Assembly (NCBI GenBank): GCA_964057225.1
Contig: OZ059900.1
Coordinates: forward strand, 15,624,001-15,688,000
Direction of reading: 5' to 3'
Source of the DNA: Auanema rhodensis
Taxonomy: Eukaryota > Animalia > Nematoda
Length of the DNA: 64,000 bases
The position numbers were made by a program, and so were the translations under genes. The notes under the pieces are model-generated. The model made no database searches, was not told the origin of the DNA, and saw nothing but the letters and a program-made list of their open reading frames with translations. The number at the start of each line of letters is the position of its first letter. The first letter of the stretch is position 1. This document shows, one piece after another, positions 53,601-64,000 of this stretch.

Positions 53601-56600
53601 TTTTTTTGTCGTGAAAGTGGAACTAGACGTTGTACGAACAATTTTGAGCTAGGTTTCATTGACATTGCATGAGTTTGAACACATGAAATCGTAAGTCAAA
53701 ACCTTGTTTACAGCGAAATTTCCAAAAACTGGTTTTCCAGCATAATAAAATATTTCTCATGGGAAATACTGTGTTTTTCTATTTTTCTAGTGTGCAGCAT
53801 GTAAAATGCTTCATTTTAGTATGTAACACGCTGAAATTCGTTGCATTTGACGACTCATATGAACAAAAATCGATTTAATCAATATTAGCCATAAGGGGCG
53901 TGCCCTCAGAATATGCTAATTTCCTTAATTTTCTAACTCCTGTTTTTTTGTCGTGAAAGTGGGACTAGACGTTGTACGAACAATTTTGAGCTAGGTTTCA
54001 TTGACATTGCATGAGTTTGAACACATGAAATCGTAAGTCAAAACCTTGTTTACAGCGAAATTTCCAAAAACTGGTTTTCCAGCATAATAAAATATTTCTC
54101 ATGGGAAATAATGTGTTTTTGTATTTTTCTAGTGTTCAGCATGTAAAATGCTTCATTTTAGTATGTAACACGCTGAAATTCGTTGCATTTGACGACTCAT
54201 ATGAACAAAAATCGATTTAATCAATATTAGCCATAAGGGGCGTGCCCTCAGAATATGCTAATTCCCTTAATTTTCTAACCCCTGTTTTTTTGTCGTGAAA
54301 GTGGAACTAGACGTTGTACAAACAATTTTGAGCTAGGTTTCATTGACATTGCATGAGTTTGAACACATGAAATCGTAAGTCAAAACCTTGTTTACAGCGA
54401 AATTTCCAAAAACTGGTTTTCCAGCATAATAAAATATTTCTCATGGGAAATACTGTGTTTTTGTATTTTTCTAGTGTTCAGCATGTAAAATGCTTCATTT
54501 TAGTATGTAACACGCTGAAATTCGTTGCATTTGACGACTCATATGAACAAAAATCGATTTAATCAATATTAGCCATAAGGGGCGTGCCCTCAGAATATGC
54601 TAATTTCCTTAATTTTCTAACCCCTGTTTTTTTGTCGTGAAAGTGGGACTAGACGTTGTACGAACAATTTTGAGCTAGGTTTCATTGACATTGCATGAGT
54701 TTGAACACATGAAATCGTAAGTCAAAACCTTGTTTACAGCGAAATTTCCAAAAACTGGTTTTCCAGCATAATAAAATATTTCTCATGGGAAATACTGTGT
54801 TTTTGTATTTTTCTAGTGTTCAGCATGTAAAATGCTTCATTTTAGTATGTAACACGCTGAAATTCGTTGCATTTGACGACTCATATGAACAAAAATCGAT
54901 TTAATCAATATTAGCCATAAGGGGCGTGCCCTCAGAATATGCTAATTTCCTTAATTTTCTAACCCCTGTTTTTTTGTCGTGAAAGTGGGACTAGACGTTG
55001 TACGAACAATTTTGAGCTAGGTTTCATTGACATTGCATGAGTTTGAACACATGAAATCGTAAGTCAAAACCTTGTTTACAGCGAAATTTCCAAAAACTGG
55101 TTTTCCAGCATAATAAAATATTTCTCATGGGAAATACTGTGTTTTTGTATTTTTCTAGTGTTCAGCATGTAAAATGCTTCATTTTAGTATGTAACACGCT
55201 GAAATTCGTTGCATTTGACGACTCATATGAACAAAAATCGATTTAATCAATATTAGACATAAGGGGCGTGCCCTCAGAATATGCTAATTCCCTTAATTTT
55301 CTAACTCCTGTTCTTTTGTCGTGAAAGTGGAACTAGACGTTGTACGAACAATTTTGAGCTAGGTTTCATTGACATTGCATGAGTTTGAACACATGAAATC
55401 GTAAGTCAAAACCTTGTTTACAGCGAAATTTCCAAAAACTGGTTTTCCAGCATAATAAAATATTTCTCATGGGAAATATTGTGTTTTTGTATTTTTCTAG
55501 TGTTCAGCATGTAAAATGCTTCATTTTAGTATGTAACACGCTGAAATTCGTTGCATTTGACGACTCATATGAACAAAAATCGATTTAATCAATATTAGCC
55601 ATAAGGGGCGTGCCCTCAGAATATGCTAATTCCCTTAATTTTCTAACTCCTGTTTTTTTTGTCGTGAAAGTGGAACTAGACGTTGTACGAACAATTTTGA
55701 GCTAGGTTTCATTGACATTGCATGAGTTTGAACACATGAAATCGTAAGTCAAAACCTTGTTTACAGCGAAATTTCCAAAAACTGGTTTTCCAGCATAATA
55801 AAATATTTCTCATGGGAAATACTGTGTTTTTGTATTTTTCTAGTGTTCAGCATGTAAAATGCTTCATTTTAGTATGTAACACGCTGAAATTCGTTGCATT
55901 TGACGACTCATATGAACAAAAATCGATTTAATCAATATTAGCCATAAGGGGCGTGCCCTCAGAATATGCTAATTTCCTTAATTTTCTAACCCCTGTTTTT
56001 TTGTCGTGAAAGTGGGACTAGACGTTGTACGAACAATTTTGAGCTAGGTTTCATTGACATTGCATGAGTTTGAACACATGAAATCGTAAGTCAAAACCTT
56101 GTTTACAGCGAAATTTCTAAAAACTGGTTTTCCAGCATAATAAAATATTTCTCATGGGAAATACTGTGTTTTTGTATTTTTCTAGTGTTCAGCATGTAAA
56201 ATGCTTCATTTCAGTATGTAACACGCTGAAATTCGTTGCATTTGACGACTCATATGAACAAAAATCGATTTAATCAATATTAGCCATAAGGGGCGTGCCC
56301 TCAGAATATGCTAATTTCCTTAATTTTCTAACCCCTGTTTTTTTGTCGTGTAAGTGGAACTAGACGTTGTACGAACAATTTTGAGCTAGGTTTCATTGAC
56401 ATTGCATGAGTTTGAACACATGAAATCGTAAGTCAAAACCTTGTTTACAGCGAAATTTCCAAAAACTGGTTTTCCAGCATAATAAAATATTTCTCATGGG
56501 AAATACTGTGTTTTTGTATTTTTCTAGTGTTCAGCATGTAAAATGCTTCATTTTAGTATGTAACACGCTGAAATTCGTTGCATTTGACGACTCATATGAA

Positions 56601-57441
56601 CAAAAATCGATTTAATCAATATTAGCCATAAGGGGCGTGCCCTCAGAATATGCTAATTCCCTTAATTTTCTAACCCCTGTTTTTTTGTCGTGAAAGTGGA
56701 ACTAGACGTTGTACAAACAATTTTGAGCTAGGTTTCATTGACATTGCATGAGTTTGAACACATGAAATCGTAAGTCAAAACCTTGTTTACAGCGAAATTT
56801 CCAAAAACTGGTTTTCCAGCATAATAAAATATTTCTCATGGGAAATACTGTGTTTTTGTATTTTTCTAGTGTTCAGCATGTAAAATGCTTCATTTTAGTA
56901 TGTAACACGCTGAAATTCGTTGCATTTGACGACTCATATGAACAAAAATCGATTTAATCAATATTAGCCATAAGGGGCGTGCCCTCAGAATATGCTAATT
57001 TCCTTAATTTTCTAACCCCTGTTTTTTTGTCGTGAAAGTGGGACTAGACGTTGTACGAACAATTTTGAGCTAGGTTTCATTGACATTGCATGAGTTTGAA
57101 CACATGAAATCGTAAGTCAAAACCTTGTTTACAGCGAAATTTCCAAAAACTGGTTTTCCAGCATAATAAAATATTTCTCATGGGAAATACTGTGTTTTTG
57201 TATTTTTCTAGTGTTCAGCATGTAAAATGCTTCATTTTAGTATGTAACACGCTGAAATTCGTTGCATTTGACGACTCATATGAACAAAAATCGATTTAAT
57301 CAATATTAGCCATAAGGGGCGTGCCCTCAGAATATGCTAATTCCCTTAATTTTCTAACCCCTGTTTTTTTGTCGTGAAAGTGGAACTAGACGTTGTACGA
57401 ACAATTTTGAGCTAGGTTTCATTGACATTGCATGAGTTTGA

Positions 57442-60400
57442 ACACATGAAATCGTAAGTCAAAACCTTGTTTACAGCGAAATTTCCAAAAACTGGTTTTC
57501 CAGCATAATAAAATATTTCTCATGGGAAATACTGTGTTTTTGTATTTTTCTAGTGTTCAGCATGTAAAATGCTTCATTTTAGTATGTAACACGCTGAAAT
57601 TCGTTGCATTTGACGACTCATATGAACAAAAATCGATTTAATCAATATTAGCCATAAGGGGCGTGCCCTCAGAATATGCTAATTTCCTTAATTTTCTAAC
57701 CCCTGTTTTTTTGTCGTGAAAGTGGAACTAGACGTTGTACAAACAATTTTGAGCTAGGTTTCATTGACATTGCATGAGTTTGAACACATGAAATCGTAAG
57801 TCAAAACCTTGTTTACAGCGAAATTTCCAAAAACTGGTTTTCCAGCATAATAAAATATTTCTCATGAGAAATACTGTGTTTTTGTATTTTTCTAGTGTTC
57901 AGCATGTAAAATGCTTCATTTTAGTATGTAACACGATGAAATTCGTTGCATTTGACGACTCATATGAACAAAAATCGATTTAATCAATATTAGCCATAAG
58001 GGGCGTGCCCTCAGAATATGCTAATTTCCTTAATTTTCTAACCCCTGTTTTTTTGTCGTGAAAGTGGAACTAGACGTTGTAGGAACAATTTTGAGCTAGG
58101 TTTCATCGGCATTGCATGAGTTTGAACACATGAAATCGTAAGTCAAAACCTTGTTTACAGCGAAATTTCCAAAAACTGGTTTTCCAGCATAATAAAATAT
58201 TTCTCATGGGAAATACTGTGTTTTTGTACTTTTCTAGTGTTCAGCATGTAAAATGCTTCATTTTAGTATGTAACACGCTGAAATTCGTTGCATTTGACGA
58301 CTCATATGAACAAAAATCGATTTAATCAATATTAGCCATAAGGGGCGTGCCCTCAGAATATGCTAATTTCCTTAATTTTCTAACCCCTGTTTTTTTGTCG
58401 TGAAAGTGGAACTAGACGTTGTACAAACAATTTTGAGCTAGGTTTCATTGACATTGCATGAGTTTGAACACATGAAATCGTAAGTCAAAACCTTGTTTAC
58501 AGCGAAATTTCCAAAAACTGGTTTTCCAGCATAATAAAATATTTCTCATGAGAAATACTGTGTTTTTGTATTTTTATAGTGTTCAGCATGTAAAATGCTT
58601 CATTTTAGTATGTAACACGCTGAAATTCGTTGCATTTGACGACTCATATGAACAAAAATCGATTTAATCAATATTAGCCATAAGGGGCGTGCCCTCAGAA
58701 TATGCTAATTTCCTTAATTTTCTAACCCCTGTTTTTTTGTCGTGAAAGTGGAATTAGACGTTGTAGGAACAATTTTGAGCTAGGTTTCATTGACATTGCA
58801 TGAGTTTGAACACATGAAATCGTAAGTCAAAACCTTGTTTACAGCGAAATTTCCAAAAACTGGTTTTCCAGCATAATAAAATATTTCTTATGGGAAATAC
58901 TGTGTTTTTGTATTTTTCTAGTGTTCAGCATGTAAAATACTTCATTTTAGTATGTAACACGCTGAAATTCGTTGCATTTGACGACTCATATGAACAAAAA
59001 TCGATTTAATCAATATTAGCCATAAGGGGCGTGCCCTCAGAATATGCTAATTTCCTTAATTTTCTAACCCCTGTTTTTTTGTCGTGAAAGTGGAACTAGA
59101 CGTTGTAGGAACAATTTTGAGCTAGGTTTCATTGACATTGCATGAGTTTGAACACATGAAATCGTAAGTCAAAACCTTGTTTACAGCGAAATTTCCAAAA
59201 ACTGGTTTTCCAGCATAATAAAATATTTCTCATGGGAAATACTGTGTTTTTGTATTTTTCTAGTGTTCAGCATGTAAAATACTTCATTTTAGTATGTAAC
59301 ACGCTGAAATTCGTTGCATTTGACGACTCATATGAACAAAAATCGATTTAATCAATATTAGCCATAAGGGGCGTGCCCTCAGAATATGCTAATTTCCTTA
59401 ATTTTCTAACCCCTGTTTTTTTGTCGTGAAAGTGGAACTAGACGTTGTAGGAACAATTTTGAGCTAGGTTTCATTGACATTGCATGAGTTTGAACACATG
59501 AAATCGTAAGTCAAAACCTTGTTTACAGCGAAATTTCCAAAAACTGGTTTTCCAGCATAATAAAATATTTCTCATGGGAAATACTGTGTTTTTGTATTTT
59601 TCTAGTGTTCAGCATGTGAAATGCTTCATTTTAGTATGTAACACGCTGAAATTCGTTGCATTTGACGACTCATATGAACAAAAATCGATTTAATCAATAT
59701 TAGCCATAAGGGGCGTGCCCTCAGAATATGCTAATTTCCTTAATTTTCTAACCCCTGTTTTTTTGTCGTGAAAGTGGAACTAGACGTTGTAGGAACAATT
59801 TTGAGCTAGGTTTCATTGACATTGCATGAGTTTGAACACATGAAATCGTAAGTCAAAACCTTGTTTACAGCGAAATTTCCAAAAACTGGTTTTCCAGCAT
59901 AATAAAATATTTCTTATGGGAAATACTGTGTTTTTGTATTTTTCTAGTGTTCAGCATGTAAAATACTTCATTTTAGTATGTAACACGCTGAAATTCGTTG
60001 CATTTGACGACTCATATGAACAAAAATCGATTTAATCAATATTAGCCATAAGGGGCGTGCCCTCAGAATATGCTAATTTCCTAAATTTTCTAACCCCTGT
60101 TTTTTTGTCGTGAAAGTGGAACTAGACGTTGTACGAACAGTTTTGAGCTAGGTTTCATTGACATTGCATGAGTTTGAACACATGAAATCGTAAGTCAAAA
60201 CCTTGTTTACAGCGAAATTTCCAAAAACTGGTTTTCCAGCATAATAAAATATTTCTCATGGGAAAAACTGTGTTTTTGTATTTTTCTAGTGTTCAGCATG
60301 TAAAATGCTTCATTTTAGTATGTAACACGCTGAAATTCGTTGCATTTGACGACTCATATGAACAAAAATCGATTTAATCAATATTAGCCATAAGGGGCGT

Positions 60401-63400
60401 GCCCTCAGAATATGCTAATTTCCTTAATTTTCTAACCCCTGTTTTTTTGTCGTGAAAGTGGAACTAGACGTTGTACGAACAATTTTGAGCTAGGTTTCAT
60501 TAACATTGCATGAGTTTGAACTCATGAAATCGTAATTCAAAACCTTGTTTACAGCGAAAATTCCAAAAACTGGTTTCCAGCATAATAAAATATTTCTCAT
60601 GGGAAATACTGTGTTTTTGTATTTTTCTAGTGTTCAGCATGTGAAATGCTTCATTTAAGTATGTAACACGCTGAAATTCGTTGCATTTGACTACTCATAT
60701 GAACAAAAATCGATTTAATCAATATTAGCCATAAGGGGCGTGCCCTCAGAATATGCTAATTTCCTTAATTTTCTAACCCCTGTTTTTTTGTCGTGAAAGT
60801 GGAACTAGACGTTGTACAAACAATTTTGAGCTAGGTTTCATTGACATTGCATGAGTTTGAACACATGAAATCGTAAGTCAAAACCTTGTTTACAGCGAAA
60901 TTTCCAAAAACTGGTTTTCCAGCATAATAAAATATTTCTCATGAGAAATACTGTGTTTTTGTATTTTTCTAGTGTTCAGCATGTAAAATGCTTCATTTTA
61001 GTATGTAACACGATGAAATTCGTTGCATTTGACGACTCATATGAACAAAAATCGATTTAATCAATATTAGCCATAAGGGGCGTGCCCTCAGAATATGCTA
61101 ATTTCCTTAATTTTCTAACCCCTGTTTTTTTGTCGTGAAAGTGGAACTAGACGTTGTAGGAACAATTTTGAGCTAGGTTTCATCGGCATTGCATGAGTTT
61201 GAACACATGAAATCGTAAGTCAAAACCTTGTTTACAGCGAAATTTCCAAAAACTGGTTTTCCAGCATAATAAAATATTTCTCATGGGAAATACTGTGTTT
61301 TTGTACTTTTCTAGTGTTCAGCATGTAAAATGCTTCATTTTAGTATGTAACACGCTGAAATTCGTTGCATTTGACGACTCATATGAACAAAAATCGATTT
61401 AATCAATATTAGCCATAAGGGGCGTGCCCTCAGAATATGCTAATTTCCTTAATTTTCTAACCCCTGTTTTTTTGTCGTGAAAGTGGAACTAGACGTTGTA
61501 GGAACATTTTTGAGCTAGGTTTCATTGACATTGCATGAGTTTGAACACATGAAATCGTAAGTCAAAACCTTGTTTACAGCGAAATTTCCAAAAACTGGTT
61601 TTCCAGCATAATAAAATATTTCTCATGGGAAATACTGTGTTTTTGTATTTTTCTAGTGTTCAGCATGTGAAATGCTTCATTTTAGTATGTAACACGCTGA
61701 AATTCGTTGCATTTGACTACTCATATGAACAAAAATCGATTTAATCAATATTAGCCATAAGGGGCGTGCCCTCAGAATATGCTAATTTCCTTAATTTTCT
61801 AACCCCTGTTTTTTTGTCGTGAAAGTGGAACTAGACGTTGTACAAACAATTTTGAGCTAGGTTTCATTGACATTGCATGAGTTTGAACACATGAAATCGT
61901 AAGTCAAAACCTTGTTTACAGCGAAATTTCCAAAAACTGGTTTTCCAGCATAATAAAATATTTCTCATGTGAAATACTGTGTTTTTGTATTTTTATAGTG
62001 TTCAGCATGTAAAATGCTTCATTTTAGTATGTAACACGCTGAAATTCGTTGCATTTGACGACTCATATGAACAAAAATCGATTTAATCAATATTAGCCAT
62101 AAGGGGCGTGCCCTCAGAATATGCTAATTTCCTTAATTTTCTAACCCCTGTTTTTTTGTCGTGAAAGTGGAATTAGACGTTGTAGGAACAATTTTGAGCT
62201 AGGTTTCATTGACATTGCATGAGTTTGAACACATGAAATCGTAAGTCAAAACCTTGTTTACAGCGAAATTTCCAAAAACTGGTTTTCCAGCATAATAAAA
62301 TATTTCTCATGGGAAATACTGTGTTTTTGTATTTTTCTAGTGTTCAGCATGTAAAATACTTCATTTTAGTATGTAACACGCTGAAATTCGTTGCATTTGA
62401 CGACTCATATGAACAAAAATCGATTTAATCAATATTAGCCATAAGGGGCGTGCCCTCAGAATATGCTATGGGAAATACTGTGTTTTTGTATTTTTCTAGT
62501 GTTCAGCATGTAAAATACTTCATTTTAGTATGTAACACGCTGAAATTCGTTGCATTTGACGACTCATATGAACAAAAATCGATTTAATCAATATTAGCCA
62601 TAAGGGGCGTGCCCTCAGAATATGCTAATTTCCTAAATTTTCTAACCCCTGTTTTTTTGTCGTGAAAGTGGAACTAGACGTTGTACAAACAGTTTTGAGC
62701 TAGGTTTCATTGACATTGCATGAGTTTGAACACATGAAATCGTAAGTCAAAACCTTGTTTACAGCGAAATTTCCAAAAACTGGTTTTCCAGCATAATAAA
62801 ATATTTCTCATGGGAAAAACTGTGTTTTTGTATTTTTCTAGTGTTCAGCATGTAAAATGCTTCATTTTAGTATGTAACACGCTGAAATTCGTTGCATTTG
62901 ACGACTCATATGAACAAAAATCGATTTAATCAATATTAGCCATAAGGGGCGTGCCCTCAGAATATGCTAATTTCCTTAATTTTCTAACCCCTGTTTTTTT
63001 GTCGTGAAAGTGGAACTAGACGTTGTACGAACAATTTTGAGCTAGGTTTCATTAACATTGCATGAGTTTGAACTCATGAAATCGTAATTCAAAACCTTGT
63101 TTACAGCGAAAATTCCAAAAACTGGTTTCCAGCATAATAAAATATTTCTCATGGGAAATACTGTGTTTTTGTATTTTTCTAGTGTTCAGCATGTGAATTG
63201 CTTCATTTAAGTATGTAACACGCTGAAATTCGTTGCATTTGACTACTCATATGAACAAAAATCGATTTAATCAATATTAGCCATAAGGGGCGTGCCCTCA
63301 GAATATGCTAATTTCCTTAATTTTCTAACCCCTGTTTTTTTGTCGTGAAAGTGGAACTAGACGTTGTACAAACAATTTTGAGCTAGGTTTCATTGACATT

Positions 63401-64000
63401 GCATGAGTTTGAACACATGAAATCGTAAGTCAAAACCTTGTTTACAGCGAAATTTCCAAAAACTGGTTTTCCAGCATAATAAAATATTTCTCATGAGAAA
63501 TACTGTGTTTTTGTATTTTTCTAGTGTTCAGCATGTAAAATGTTTCATTTTAGTATGTAACACGATGAAATTCGTTGCATTTGACGACTCATATGAACAA
63601 AAATCGATTTAATCAATATTAGCCATAAGGGGCGTGCCCTCAGAATATGCTAATTTCCTTAATTTTCTAACCCCTGTTTTTTTGTCGTGAAAGTGGAACT
63701 AGACGTTGTAGGAACAATTTTGAGCTAGGTTTCATCGGCATTGCATGAGTTTGAACACATGAAATCGTAAGTCAAAACCTTGTTTACAGCGAAATTTCCA
63801 AAAACTGGTTTTCCAGCATAATAAAATATTTCTCATGGGAAATACTGTGTTTTTGTACTTTTCTAGTGTTCAGCATGTAAAATGCTTCATTTTAGTATGT
63901 AACACGCTGAAATTCGTTGCATTTGACGACTCATATGAACAAAAATCGATTTAATCAATATTAGCCATAAGGGGCGTGCCCTCAGAATATGCTAATTTTC
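57442..64000 (+). repeat. Satellite sub-domain 3 (variant set C) with an approximately 9-monomer higher-order repeat
   Basis: Domain-2 markers vanish. New variants are CATCGGC, CACGATG, TGTACTT and AAATACTT, while GTAGGA, ATGAGAAA and GGAATTAG reappear. The CATCGGC monomer starts at 57784, 60861 and 63413. Confidence 0.8.
62229..62729 (+). other. Rearranged 501-bp unit: monomer positions 1-240 fused to positions 82-342
   Basis: ...GAATATGCTA (ends 62468, monomer position 240) is followed directly by TGGGAAATACTG (position 82). The next monomer starts at 62730, 501 bp after 62229. Confidence 0.95.

Larger units (their letters stand above)
33502..57441 (+). repeat. Satellite sub-domain 2 (variant set B)
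   Basis: Position 217 is fixed as G. New variants AATTCCC (first ~33745, last ~57343), ATGGAAAA, GTGGGACT and TAACTCC appear, and domain-1 markers are absent. Confidence 0.85.
1..64000 (+). repeat. Tandem satellite DNA array, 342-bp monomer, about 187 copies, runs off both window ends
   Basis: ACACATGAAATCGTAAGTCAAAACC recurs at 1, 342, 684, 1026, 1368 ... 63413, 63755. The period is 342 bp (341/343 where a homopolymer changes length). I saw no non-monomer sequence and no inversion. Confidence 0.99.

Noticed and set aside
55651-55660. Isolated T8 homopolymer variant and other singleton SNPs
   Set aside because: These are indistinguishable from sequencing or consensus error without reads. 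The T6 variant, by contrast, is haplotype-linked and was retained.
1-64000. CRISPR array or other repeat-spacer system
   Set aside because: There are no unique spacers: the entire 342-bp unit repeats, and no cas or other genes are present.
1-64000. Transposon, MITE or Helitron insertion or origin
   Set aside because: No terminal inverted repeats, target-site duplications, LTRs or foreign sequence are visible. A TE origin of the monomer cannot be tested without a database search.

Overview
The whole 64-kb window is one uninterrupted head-to-tail satellite DNA array: about 187 copies of a 342-bp, AT-rich monomer (about 34% GC by hand count), all in the same orientation and usually within 0-7 substitutions of consensus. 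It is most likely eukaryotic (peri)centromeric or heterochromatic satellite. I found no supportable genes, RNA genes, transposons or CRISPR arrays. The single 68-aa ORF arises from two private SNPs that remove stop codons. The structure worth noting lies within the array: (i) a degenerate ~171+171 bp dimer inside the monomer; (ii) dense dyad symmetries, several perfected by recurrent variants; (iii) three variant-defined domains (about 1-33.5 kb, 33.5-57.4 kb and 57.4-64 kb); (iv) local higher-order repeats and block duplications of 2-22 monomers; (v) one out-of-register deletion junction at 62468/62469 and one scarred monomer-skip junction at 29091. All counts were made by eye and should be confirmed computationally. 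I cannot identify the species or satellite family from sequence alone.
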